Program-made: the position numbers and the translations under genes
Origin: an uncultured Clostridiaceae bacterium
GTDB lineage: Bacteria > Bacillota > Clostridia > TANB77 > CAG-508
Length of the DNA: 64,000 nt
Direction: 5' to 3'
Assembly: GCA_949927585.1 (NCBI GenBank)
Contig: CATLFA010000002.1
Location: 25,825-89,824 of the forward strand
Shown: positions 30,763-40,959 of the stretch, piece after piece
Layout: every line of letters starts with the position of its first letter
Numbering within the stretch: the stretch's first letter is position 1
The notes under the pieces: generated by a model
Told to the model about the DNA's origin: nothing
Databases searched by the model: none
What the model saw: the letters and a program-made list of their open reading frames with translations, nothing else

Positions 30763-32046
30763 TTATTTTACAGTTATTTTTTCAGTTCCACCCATATAAG
30801 GTCTTAAAACTTCAGGAATTATTACACTTCCATCTTCTTGATAATTGTTTTCTAAAATAGCAATTAACATTCTAGGTGGAGCAACTACTGTATTATTTAA
30901 TGTATGTGCATAATAGTTTCCTTTTTCACCTTTAATACGAATTCCAAGTCTACGTGCTTGTGCATCTGTTAAGTTAGAACAACTTCCAACTTCAAAGTAT
31001 TTTTTCTGTCTTGGACTCCAAGCTTCAACATCACAGCTTTTAGCTTTTAGGTCTGCTAAATCTCCACTACAACATTCTAAAGTACGAACTGGAACACCCA
31101 TACTTCTAAATAATTCAACAGTATAGTTCCACATTTTTTCATACCATTTATAGCTATCTTCTGGTTCACAAACTACTATCATTTCTTGTTTTTCAAATTG
31201 ATGTATTCTATAAATACCACGTTCTTCTAAACCATGAGCACCTTTTTCTTTTCTGAAGCATGGAGAATAAGAAGTCATTGTATAAGGCATATTTTCTTTA
31301 TTTAATAGTTGTCCTTTAAACTTACCAATCATAGAATGTTCAGAAGTACCAATTAAATATAAATCCTCACCTTCTATTTTATACATCATAGCATCCATTT
31401 CTTCAAAACTCATAACGCCAGTTACAACATCAGCTCTTATCATATAAGGTGGAATACAATAAGTAAAGCCTTTATTAATCATAAAATCTCTAGCATAGGT
31501 AAGCACTGCAGAATGAAGGCGTGCAACATCTCCCATTAAATAGTAAAAACCATTTCCAGCAACTCTACGAGCAGAATCTAAATCAATTCCACCAAGACTT
31601 TCTAAAATTTCTCCATGGAAAGGAATTTCATAATCTGGAACAATAGGCTCACCATATTTTTTAATTTCAACATTTTCGCTATCATCTTTTCCAATAGGAA
31701 CAGACTCATGAATAATGTTAGGAATTTTCATCATTCTTTCAGTAACTTGAGCCTCATATTCAGCTTCTAATTTTTCATTTTCTACTAATTCCTCGTTAAT
31801 TTTTTTAACCTCTAACTTAATAGCTTCAGCTTCATCTTTCTTACCTTGTCTCATTAAATTACCAATTTCAGAACTTAAAGAATTACGTTTAGAGCGAAGT
31901 TCATCACCCTTCAATTTAGCTTCCCTATTTTTAGAATCAAATTCAATAACTTCATCAACTAAAACAAGTTTATGGTCTTGAAATTTGTTTTTCATGTTTT
32001 CCTTAACAACATCTGGGTTATCTCTTAAAAATTTGATATCAATCAT
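30763..32046 (-). CDS. serS: Serine--tRNA ligase
   Basis: Coiled-coil N-arm, class II motifs ('FRKEKGAHGLEERGIYRIHQFEKQE', 'GSCSNLTDAQARRLGIR'). Confidence 0.95.
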   Translation of the reverse strand: MIDIKFLRDNPDVVKENMKNKFQDHKLVLVDEVIEFDSKNREAKLKGDELRSKRNSLSSEIGNLMRQGKKDEAEAIKLEVKKINEELVENEKLEAEYEAQVTERMMKIPNIIHESVPIGKDDSENVEIKKYGEPIVPDYEIPFHGEILESLGGIDLDSARRVAGNGFYYLMGDVARLHSAVLTYARDFMINKGFTYCIPPYMIRADVVTGVMSFEEMDAMMYKIEGEDLYLIGTSEHSMIGKFKGQLLNKENMPYTMTSYSPCFRKEKGAHGLEERGIYRIHQFEKQEMIVVCEPEDSYKWYEKMWNYTVELFRSMGVPVRTLECCSGDLADLKAKSCDVEAWSPRQKKYFEVGSCSNLTDAQARRLGIRIKGEKGNYYAHTLNNTVVAPPRMLIAILENNYQEDGSVIIPEVLRPYMGGTEKITVK

Positions 32047-32420
32047 AATTTACCTCCTTAGTTCCCATTGGGGACGTTATCTCTGCTTAAGTTATCTGTA
32101 ATTCGCTAACGCTCAAACAACTAACTTATCCTTTTGGGGTATCTGTCACTTTTGGGAATTTTTTTATTTTAAAATGTATGGGCTTGGCCTTGTGTGTGCC
32201 CGCGTGGCGAAGCCACTTTTGTTCCTACATTATAATAAAAACAAAAGCCCTTATGCCTAATAAAAGCATAAGGGCGAATATTTTTCGCGGTGCCACCTTA
32301 ATTTAATTTTGGCTTTTATAAACCAAAAATTAATCTCTGAAATGCTTATAACCTAGCACAACACGGTTTCACTTTTTAGGTGAAAAGCAATAAAAGTAGA
32401 TTCCTAATTTGTTTTAACCT
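32047..32420 (-). ncRNA. T-box riboswitch leader of serS, with a ~190-nt repeat-derived insertion between terminator and RBS
   Basis: On the minus strand: T-box consensus AAUUAAGGUGGCACCGCG (plus 32286-32297) and terminator GCCCUUAUGC-UUUUAUUAG-GCAUAAGGGC + U-run (plus 32237-32275). Downstream are a GGCCTTGTGTGTGCCCGC module (32170-32215) and TTGGGAC element copy C (32064-32159), then RBS 'aaggagg' and ATG. Confidence 0.8.
32064..32159 (+). repeat. TTGGGAC-word element copy C (arms as in copy A, with a ~60-nt internal insert)
   Basis: 'cccattggggacgtt' ...60 nt... 'ttttggggtatctgtcacttttgggaat'. Confidence 0.7.
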
Positions 32421-32643
32421 AACTTACACCAACCGCAGGCTCTCTTTATAAAACTTAAAATTAGTACTATTCTTTTATTATAGCCATTTATTATTAATAA
32501 ATAGTTTAACACAGAAACAATAAAAATACAACTAAAAATATTGAAAAAATAAATTTTATATGACAAACACATATTATGTAACCATAAAAAGAAAAGATGT
32601 TTACAAAATATAAACATTCATAAAATTGCAGGAGGAAATAACT

Positions 32644-33048
32644 ATGAAAATTTTGATAGTTGATGACCACGCAGAAACAAAATGCATGGGTATTATTGAA
32701 GAATGCAAAAAACAGGGAGTAGAAGTTGAAATTGCAAAGGGAAGGAATTCAGCTCTTTGTAGAATTATTTATCAAAAGCAAGATATTGATGGAATTATTT
32801 TAGACATGGGAATTCCAGTGTATGATAATGAATATACAGAAGATGAAAGAGAAGGTGATGATGTACTAAGAGAGTTGCACCGAAGAAAAAAACATATTCC
32901 AGTTTTAATTTTTTCAACTACTCACAGTTTTTACAAAGATAAATGTGATTTTGTAGTTGACCAAATGACAGAATGGAACATAGTACAGGAAGAAAAAAGT
33001 TTTTTCATTTTTAGAAAAGATAAAAAAGCAATAAAAATAAAAAGGTGA
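32644..33048 (+). CDS. Stand-alone receiver (REC) domain protein
   Basis: 'KILIVDDH' and 'IDGIILDMGIP' acidic pocket/phospho-acceptor Asp pattern, 'VLIFS'; RBS 'aggagg'. Confidence 0.55.
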   Translation: MKILIVDDHAETKCMGIIEECKKQGVEVEIAKGRNSALCRIIYQKQDIDGIILDMGIPVYDNEYTEDEREGDDVLRELHRRKKHIPVLIFSTTHSFYKDKCDFVVDQMTEWNIVQEEKSFFIFRKDKKAIKIKR

Positions 33049-33144
33049 AGGAATATTAATTCTTTCACCTTTTTATGTATAAACAAATTGTATTAAATTA
33101 TATATATAGGAAATAATAGGATAAATGAGAGCAAGGAGAAAAAA

Positions 33145-33981
33145 ATGTATATAGAAATATTAAAATTTATTATACTTTCACTTTTGATAGTATTAATATC
33201 TAAATATATACTAGTTAAATTATTAAGAAAGTTAGCAGAAGCCTTAAATTTATCTTCTAAAACAGTAGGAAATGTAGCAGGTGTAGCAACATCTATACCA
33301 GAATTTTTAACAGTAACGTTTGCAGCTTTTGCAGGGCTTGGAGCAACTAGTATTTATAATATTATTAGTTCAAATATCATAAATTTAGTACAATATATTT
33401 TATCTATAATTTTAAGTAAAAATCAAAAACAGTTAAGTAATAAAGCTATAAAAGTACAATTAGTTTTAGTAATAATTACAATATTAATTCCAATATTTAT
33501 GCTAATAAGTAAAATAGAATTTAGTATTAGTTTTGTACCAATTTTTATATTACTATTCGTTTTGTTTTATTATATAAACTCAAATGTACACAAACTATAT
33601 TTAAAAAAGCAAGATAAAGAAATATATAAAGAAATAGAGAAAGAAAAGAAGTGGGTAAAAGGAAAAGTAAATGTAATTATAAAATATTGGGTAGGGCTCA
33701 TAGCTACTTCTATTATTTTATATTTTATAGGGGATAAATTAAGTATAGTATTAGAGAATTTAGCACAAATTTTTAAAATACCTGAAGCAATAATAGGAAT
33801 AGCGTTAGGATTTATTACAAGCATTCCAGAGCTTATTACATTTTTTGAGTCACAAAAACATTATAAAAATGATAAAGAACAAGAAGGTGTAGTAGAAGCT
33901 ACAAATAATTTGCTTACTTCTAATGTACTAAATTTATTTGTTATACAAACAATAGGAATATTAATTATAAATTTGGTATAA
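33145..33981 (+). CDS. CaCA-family cation/Ca2+ exchanger (YrbG-like)
   Basis: Two alpha-repeats 'GVATSIPEFLTV' and 'GFITSIPELITF'; ~10 TM segments. Confidence 0.75.
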   Translation: MYIEILKFIILSLLIVLISKYILVKLLRKLAEALNLSSKTVGNVAGVATSIPEFLTVTFAAFAGLGATSIYNIISSNIINLVQYILSIILSKNQKQLSNKAIKVQLVLVIITILIPIFMLISKIEFSISFVPIFILLFVLFYYINSNVHKLYLKKQDKEIYKEIEKEKKWVKGKVNVIIKYWVGLIATSIILYFIGDKLSIVLENLAQIFKIPEAIIGIALGFITSIPELITFFESQKHYKNDKEQEGVVEATNNLLTSNVLNLFVIQTIGILIINLV

Positions 33982-34037
33982 AAAGGAAAACAATGAATAT
34001 AATAATAACAAGCGAAATTTTAGGAGGCTTGTTTATG

Positions 34038-34310
34038 GAAAATGATTATATAAAAGAAAGTAAAATAATAGAAAAAAATGATAAGGAAAAAGAAATAGAG
34101 CTTATGGTAAGCATTATGAAAGCAAAAAAAGAGCTAGAAGAAGCAAATAAAAACTTTGAATATGCGCAAGATGATTTAATTGATTATTACACATACCAAA
34201 TAAAAGCATGTAGAGCGAAATTCAATTATTTGGTAAAACAAGCCAAAGAACAAGGCATAGTACTAGATATGATAAATCAGATAGAAATAAAATTAAATGA
34301 AGCTATATAA
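34038..34310 (+). CDS. YaaL/DUF2508-like protein
   Basis: 'NFEYAQDDLIDYYTYQIKACRAKFNYLVKQAKEQG' matches the DUF2508 signature; RBS 'taggagg'; precedes bofA as in Bacillus (yaaL-bofA). Confidence 0.6.
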   Translation, partial: ENDYIKESKIIEKNDKEKEIELMVSIMKAKKELEEANKNFEYAQDDLIDYYTYQIKACRAKFNYLVKQAKEQGIVLDMINQIEIKLNEAI

Positions 34311-34441
34311 AAAATACAAAGGGCAAGTCAAATCCTGTCTTTTGATAATTATAAAATATTGAATTAAAGAATGTATAAGAAAAGTAAGTTATATTTGTCC
34401 AACATTAATCATAATATTAAGCAAAGGAAAGGTGATTAAAG

Positions 34442-34723
34442 TTGGAGGCAAATACAATTATAACTTATTTAGCTTGTATATTTTTTTTATTTATAATAGG
34501 TAGAATATTTATAGTACCACTGAAAATTATACTTAAATTAGTGGGAAACTCAATATTAGGAGCAATATTAATATTTATAGTAAATATGATAGGAGCAACA
34601 TTCAATTTTCATATAGGACTAAATATAGGAACTGCCATAGCAACAGGAATACTAGGAATACCACGGAGTAATTCTTTTAGTATTTTTAAAGTTTTTGTAA
34701 TATATAGTATAGGGACAAATTAA
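34442..34723 (+). CDS. bofA: Pro-sigma-K processing inhibitor BofA
   Basis: Two-TM protein with 'VGNSILGAILIFIVNMIG...GLNIGTAIATGILGIPRS' typical of BofA; TTG start with RBS 'aaaggtga'. Confidence 0.65.
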   Translation: MEANTIITYLACIFFLFIIGRIFIVPLKIILKLVGNSILGAILIFIVNMIGATFNFHIGLNIGTAIATGILGIPRSNSFSIFKVFVIYSIGTN

Positions 34724-34925
34724 AAGTATTCACTATAAAAAGGCTAGAATTTTCAAATTTGAAGTTGCTAGTTTTTTATAAAAACAATAAAAATGAATAT
34801 AAGAATATCCATATAAAAATTCCATGAATTATTGCAAAAATAAAGAATATAATGTATAATACAAAAAGAATTCTAAAGTTATGATTATAATTTTAGTTAC
34901 CACCAAAATAAAAAGGGGTAGTATT

Positions 34926-36206
34926 ATGAAAAAATTTTTATCAAATTACAAATCAACAATAATTTTATTGCTTTCAATTATTGTTGGTGCAGCCGTAGGA
35001 CTTATTTTTAAGGAGAAAGCAACAGTATTAAAGCCATTAGGCGATATCTTTTTAAATCTTTTATTAGTCGTAATTGTTCCACTAATATTTTTAACAATAA
35101 CTACATCAGTAGCTAAAATGAAAGAACCTAAACGTTTAGGTAAAATTGTAGGTACTATAATATTAGTATTTGTAATTACATCAGTAATAGCAGTGCTAGT
35201 AGGTTTTTTTAGTACATATTTTATAAAACTTGTAAATCCTGAAGATTCTGAAAAAATAGTAGAAGTTTTTGATGAAGGAGCAGTAGAAGATGAAGAAGAA
35301 CTTTCTATTGCAGAAAGAACAGTTAGTTTATTAACAGTAAATGACTTTTCAAAACTATTAACAAGAGATAATTTAATAGCACTATTAGTATTTTCAGTAA
35401 TATTCGGAATAGCAATGAATATGACAAAGGAAAAAGCAGAGCCAGTTTTAAATTTTCTAAATTCTGCAAATGAAATAGTAAACAATATTATAAAAATAAT
35501 TATGTACTATGCACCAATAGGTTTAGGTTGTTACTTTGCAGCAGTAATAGGTGAGCTTGGTTCAAGCATTGCAGTTGGATACCTAAAAACATTTGTAATA
35601 TATTTTGTAGTAGCAGTATTATTCTATATAATAATGTACACAATATATGCATTTATAGCAGGTGGAACAAAAGGTATAAAAGCATATTGGAAAAATATAA
35701 TTCCAGCAACACTTACATCACTAGCAACATGCTCAAGTGCAGCATGTATACCTGTAAACATAGAAGGAACTAGAAAAATAGGTGTACCAGAAGATATTGC
35801 TGAAACAACAATACCACTAGGAACAAGTTTCCACAAAGATGGTTCAATAATAGGTTCAGTATTTAAAATAATGTTCTTAGTATGCTTATTTGGAACAAGC
35901 TTAGCTACAGCGGGAGAAGTATTTGGAGTTATAGGAATAGCGCTTTTAGCAACACTATTAGTAACAGCAGTTCCAATAGGTGGAGGAACAATATCAGAAA
36001 TGTTGATAATAACAATGATGGGTTACCCAGTAGCAGCATTGCCAATACTAACAATAATTGCTACAATAATAGATGCACCAGCAACTATGCTAAATGTAGT
36101 TGGAGATTCAGCATCATCAATGTTAGTAGCAAGAATTGTCGATGGAAAAGATTGGATGAAGAATAAAGAAGACTTAAAAGAAGAGAAAGAAATAATTAAT
36201 GTTTAA
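34926..36206 (+). CDS. Dicarboxylate/amino acid:cation symporter (DAACS family)
   Basis: Polytopic; 'PLGTSFHKDGS' and 'ATLLVTAVPIGGGTISEMLIITMMG' hairpin motifs; RBS 'aaaaggggtag'. Confidence 0.85.
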   Translation: MKKFLSNYKSTIILLLSIIVGAAVGLIFKEKATVLKPLGDIFLNLLLVVIVPLIFLTITTSVAKMKEPKRLGKIVGTIILVFVITSVIAVLVGFFSTYFIKLVNPEDSEKIVEVFDEGAVEDEEELSIAERTVSLLTVNDFSKLLTRDNLIALLVFSVIFGIAMNMTKEKAEPVLNFLNSANEIVNNIIKIIMYYAPIGLGCYFAAVIGELGSSIAVGYLKTFVIYFVVAVLFYIIMYTIYAFIAGGTKGIKAYWKNIIPATLTSLATCSSAACIPVNIEGTRKIGVPEDIAETTIPLGTSFHKDGSIIGSVFKIMFLVCLFGTSLATAGEVFGVIGIALLATLLVTAVPIGGGTISEMLIITMMGYPVAALPILTIIATIIDAPATMLNVVGDSASSMLVARIVDGKDWMKNKEDLKEEKEIINV

Positions 36207-36377
36207 ATAGAGATTAGAGGTTAGGCGTTAGAAAGAAAAAGCCAATTTATAAATAAAAGATAAAAAGATAAAAACACGCATATTATCAAATAATTTGCGT
36301 GTTTTTTTAAATACTTTAAATTACATAAATAGTATGCTATAATAACACTATAAAAAAATTTAAGGAGGTATATGTAC

Positions 36378-36551
36378 ATGAAATATGGACATAAACAAGA
36401 AGAGTCGCGGTGGTATGAATATGGACAAGGAAAAGAGTTTCCAACAAAAGAAAGAGCAATGGTAAAATTAGAAAGTTATAAGACGAAAGTATTAACATCT
36501 TTTTTTGTAGATGGCCTTTACAAATTATATGATGGAAATTACATAGAATAG
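36378..36551 (+). CDS. Unannotated small protein (57 aa), not in the supplied ORF track
   Basis: Perfect RBS 'taaggaggt' 9 nt before ATG 36378; encodes MKYGHKQEESRWYEYGQGKEFPTKERAMVKLESYKTKVLTSFFVDGLYKLYDGNYIE. Confidence 0.35.
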   Translation: MKYGHKQEESRWYEYGQGKEFPTKERAMVKLESYKTKVLTSFFVDGLYKLYDGNYIE

Positions 36552-36651
36552 ACAAAAAATGCAATTCGAGTAGTTTTTAAATACAGATATATAGAAAGTA
36601 TATTGTAATTAAAATGATAAAAGAAAGATTTGGATATTCCAAATCTTTCTT

Positions 36652-38578
36652 TTATTCTACAGTTACAGATTTAGCAAGGTTTCTAGGTTTGTCAATATCT
36701 AATCCTTTTTCTTTAGCAATATAGTAAGAAAATAGTTGAAGAGGAATAACTGAAAGGATAGGTGATAAAAAGACATTAGTTTTAGGAATAGTAAAAACAA
36801 AGTCAAAATTGATATTAGGAAGTTTTTGATTAGTAATTACAAACGTTTTAGCACCCCTAGATATAACCTCTTGTAAATTGCTAATCGTTTTTAAAGTTAA
36901 TTTAGTATCTGTTAAAATACCAACAACATAAACTCCATTTTCAATTAGAGCAATAGGACCATGTTTTAGTTCTCCAGCTGCATATGCTTCAGAGTGAATA
37001 TATGAAATCTCCTTTAACTTTAAAGAGCCTTCTAAAGAGACAGAATAGTCGATTCCTCTACCTAAGAAAAATAAATCTTTCTGTAAATAACATTGTTTAG
37101 CAATATCTTTTATTTTTTCTTGATTTTGTAAAATTGCATGTATTTTTTCAGGCAGACTAAGTAGTTCTTTCCTAAATTCTTCTAATATACTATAATTACT
37201 ACTTTCCAAAATCTGAGCCATATAAATAGCAAAACAGCAAATAAGTGCTATTTGACACGTATAAGCTTTGGTAGAAGCAACAGAAATTTCAGGGCCTGCA
37301 TAAGTATAAAAAGAAAAATGAGCTTCTCTTGTAATAGAACTACCTATAACATTGGTAATAGCAATTGTTTTACAACCCATACCTTTTGCTAACTTTAAAG
37401 CTGCAATAGTATCAGCAGTTTCACCAGACTGACTAATAAATATGCATAAAGTATTTTCATTAATAATAGGGTCTTGATAACGAAATTCAGAAGCAATTTC
37501 TACATAAGTAGGTATTTTGCATAATTTCTCTATTATATTCTTACCAACTAAGCCAGCATGCATTGCAGTTCCACAGGCTACAATGTAAATTTGTCTAATA
37601 ATAATTAGGTCATCTTTTGTTAAATCAAAATCTGGAAAGGCAAATTGTTTATTAAATATAGAAGGATAATTAAGAATTGTAGAGTTATTATTTTCATCAA
37701 TACCTACTTGGGAATTACACCACTGTGACCTTTGGTTTTCTGATGAAATATATTTATCAATAGTATCAATAATTGCTCTAGGTTGTTCAAATATTTCCTT
37801 TAGCATAAAATTGTCATATCCATTTTTTGTACTACTAGAATAATTTAAGTCAATAGTTTTATAGTTTTTATAAATTATATTTAGTTTTTTATTGAAAAAG
37901 CTTATATTATCTTTTTCAATTACAGAAAATTCATTATCATCTAAAAAGTAAAAGTTTTTAGTATATTCTAAAACAGCAGGAATATCAGAAGAGGCAAAAT
38001 ATTCCATATTACCGCACACCTATTACAAGTGGACTATTTTTCTTTGCTACAATTTGCATATTAGGAAAATCCTTACACAAAACTAAAATAGCATAACTAC
38101 CTTTAAAATTTTTGCATGCCTTAAAAACAGCATTTAAGAAATTCTCTTTTGTTTTCTCTCTTTTTGAATAATAATATTCAATTAAATTAGGAATAACCTC
38201 AGAATCTGTTTGGGAATAAAAAGAGTAACCATAGCCTTCTAAAAGTTGACGAAGTTCTTTATAATTTTCAATAATACCATTATGTACAACCGCAAAAGTA
38301 TTACTATTATCTTTATGAGGATGAGCATTTTCTTTACATGGTATTCCATGAGTAGCCCATCTAGTATGTGCAATACCAACCGTACCTAAAAAAGAAGAAG
38401 TATCAATTAAATTTTCTAATGCAGCAACTCTTCCACTTTCTTTTCTAATTTCAATTAATCCTTTTTCCATTATAGCAACACCAGCTGAATCATAGCCCCT
38501 GTATTCTAAATTTTTAAGACCACTTAATAAAATAGGTAGACATTTCCTACCACCTACATATCCAACAATTCCACACAT
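36652..38578 (-). pseudogene. glmS: Glutamine--fructose-6-phosphate aminotransferase, split by a single-base (+1) frameshift at the glutaminase/SIS junction
   Basis: ORF 38009..38578 carries the Ntn glutaminase domain starting 'MCGIVGYVG' and ends '...SPLVIGVR*'. ORF 36652..38019 (+1 frame) continues '..GNMEYFASSDIPAVLEYT..' through both SIS domains to the C-terminal '...KSVTVE'. Deleting the C of 'gtgCggt' gives the conserved 'PLVIGVGN'. Confidence 0.85.
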
Positions 38579-38848
38579 AATAAAGCCTCCTTATAGTTTA
38601 TAATATGTAAAAAGGTAAAATTGTAGCAAGTACATAATAGTATCAAAATATGATTAATTAATTTTGTTATTAAAATAGGATTTCATAAAATAAGACTTAA
38701 AGCACTTTCCCTTTTCTCAATGCAAAAAGTAAAAAATGGAATAAATGACAATAATTAAAAAATAAAAATAATAAAAAGAACTATACAAAATAAAGTAATT
38801 ATGATAATATAAAATTGTAAAATAAAACGAAAGAAAGGAAGAAAAATT

Positions 38849-39409
38849 ATGAAAAAATCAATTATTGGAGTAGTAGCAGTTATAGTTATTATAGCTATTA
38901 TTATTGGAGTGGTTTTTATACTTTCAAAAAACAAAGAAGAAAAACCAAATAAAAACTCAGCAGTAGAAATACAAACAGCAGAAGAAATGGAAAAAATAAT
39001 AAATGACATTAACACAAAACTTGGAGAAAATCTTCCAGCAATAGAAACACGTCAAATAGACATAACAGACGAATATGCATTTACTTCTTCTACAGGTTTA
39101 AAATCAAATAGTAATGTAGAAGCAGTTGTAGTTTCAGAGCCATTTATGAGTTCACAAGCACATTCAGCAGTAATGATAAAAACAAAAGAAAATGCAAACA
39201 TAGAAGAAATGAAAAAAGAAATATATAACAATATAGATATGAGAAAATGGATATGTGTTTCAGCAGAAAAATTATGGATTACTAACTATAATGATATAAT
39301 CTTCTTTGTAATGTCAAGTGAAGAATGGGGAAAACCTGTATACGATGAATTTAAACAAGCAGTAGGTGGCACAGTAGGAAAAGAATTAGAAAAAGCAGAA
39401 GAATTCTAG
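38849..39409 (+). CDS. DUF4358-like membrane-anchored protein
   Basis: N-terminal TM anchor, then an extracytoplasmic domain; first gene of a cluster with MBOAT and DHHW genes. Confidence 0.5.
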   Translation: MKKSIIGVVAVIVIIAIIIGVVFILSKNKEEKPNKNSAVEIQTAEEMEKIINDINTKLGENLPAIETRQIDITDEYAFTSSTGLKSNSNVEAVVVSEPFMSSQAHSAVMIKTKENANIEEMKKEIYNNIDMRKWICVSAEKLWITNYNDIIFFVMSSEEWGKPVYDEFKQAVGGTVGKELEKAEEF

Positions 39410-39419
39410 GAGGAAAAAA

Positions 39420-40817
39420 GTGTTATTTTCAAGTATTAACTTTTTATATTATTTCTTACCATGTGTATTAATAATATATTTTGTTACACCTACAAAATAT
39501 AAAAATATTATACTATTAATAAGCTCCCTATTATTTTATTTTTATGGGGAGCCTATTTATATTCTAATTATGATAGCAAGTATACTGTCAGCATATATAC
39601 ATGGTATTTTAATAAATAAATATACAAAATATAAAAAAGTATTTTTAATATCATCTATTATAATAAGCATAGGGCTATTGGGGTTATTTAAGTATTCAGA
39701 CTTTATAATAGCAAATATAAATAATATATTCAAATCAGAAATAAAACTACTAAATTTAGCTTTGCCAATAGGAATTTCATTTTATACATTTCAAATATTA
39801 AGTTATGTTATAGATGTATACAATAAGAAAGTTCCAGTACAAAAAAATATTGTAAAGCTTGCAACATATGTATCATTATTTCCACAATTAATAGCAGGTC
39901 CAATTGTACGATATATAGATGTTGAAAAAGAATTAACAAAAAGAGAGCATACCTTCCAAAAAATAGCATTAGGAATAAGAAGGTTTATTATAGGGCTTTC
40001 AAAAAAAGTACTAATTGCAAATCAGCTAGGAGAATTATGCCAAGTTTTTTTACAAACAAATGAAAAAAGCATAATGTTTTATTGGATTTATGGGGTAGCA
40101 TTTAGCATTCAAATATACTTTGACTTTTCAGCCTATTCAGATATGGCAATAGGACTTGGAAAAATATTTGGTTTTCACTTCTTAGAAAATTTCAACTACC
40201 CATATATATCAAAAAGCATTACAGAATTTTGGAGAAGGTGGCATATTTCACTAGGGACATGGTTTAGAGACTATGTGTATATACCCCTTGGAGGAAATAG
40301 AGTAAATAAAATAAAGTTAATTAGAAATATTTTTATAGTATGGTTTTTAACAGGATTTTGGCATGGAGCCAATTGGACATTTATTTTATGGGGGCTATTA
40401 TTTGGGGTATTACTAATTATAGAGAAGCTATTTTTAAAAGATATATTAGAGAAAATGCCAAAAGTAATTAGGCATATATATGTTTTATTTGTAGTAATGA
40501 TTAGTTTCATTATATTTAATGCAAATAGTATAGTAGAAGCATTAAAGCAAATAACAGGTTTATTTGGAGTAAACAAAGAACCATTTATAAATAGTTATAC
40601 TTTATACTATTTAAAAAGTTATTTTGTAATTATAGTAATATCAATAATTGGAGCAACACCATTATTAAAAAATATAATAAATAAGTTAAAAGAAAAAACA
40701 AAAATTAGTAAAATAATTAATACAATAGAACCTATTATTCTAGTAACTTTATTGCTAGTTGTTACATCATATTTAGTAGATAATTCCTACAATCCATTTT
40801 TATATTTTAGGTTTTAA
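39420..40817 (+). CDS. MBOAT-family membrane-bound O-acyltransferase (AlgI/DltB/PatA-like)
   Basis: MBOAT hallmarks 'FYTFQILSYVIDVY', 'FWRRWHISLGTWFRDYVYIPLGGNR', 'GFWHGANWTFILWG' (catalytic His region). Confidence 0.85.
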   Translation: MLFSSINFLYYFLPCVLIIYFVTPTKYKNIILLISSLLFYFYGEPIYILIMIASILSAYIHGILINKYTKYKKVFLISSIIISIGLLGLFKYSDFIIANINNIFKSEIKLLNLALPIGISFYTFQILSYVIDVYNKKVPVQKNIVKLATYVSLFPQLIAGPIVRYIDVEKELTKREHTFQKIALGIRRFIIGLSKKVLIANQLGELCQVFLQTNEKSIMFYWIYGVAFSIQIYFDFSAYSDMAIGLGKIFGFHFLENFNYPYISKSITEFWRRWHISLGTWFRDYVYIPLGGNRVNKIKLIRNIFIVWFLTGFWHGANWTFILWGLLFGVLLIIEKLFLKDILEKMPKVIRHIYVLFVVMISFIIFNANSIVEALKQITGLFGVNKEPFINSYTLYYLKSYFVIIVISIIGATPLLKNIINKLKEKTKISKIINTIEPIILVTLLLVVTSYLVDNSYNPFLYFRF

Positions 40818-40959
40818 AAAAATATTGTAGGGTAGGGGAAACATTTGTAAGAATACCTAGTAGGATAAAAATTAAGCTATATACCCTTCTCTCATATTAT
40901 AGGAAAAACGAAATTTTACATTGAATTTATAAAAATTTATTATACAAGGAGAAAAAAGA

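Noticed and set aside
38579-38848. Looked for a glmS ribozyme upstream of glmS (minus strand)
   Set aside because: The 270-nt upstream region is uniformly AT-rich and lacks the GC-rich conserved core expected of the ribozyme (no CCTCGTC or CCCCC complement). I conclude it is absent here, or at least not recognisable by eye.
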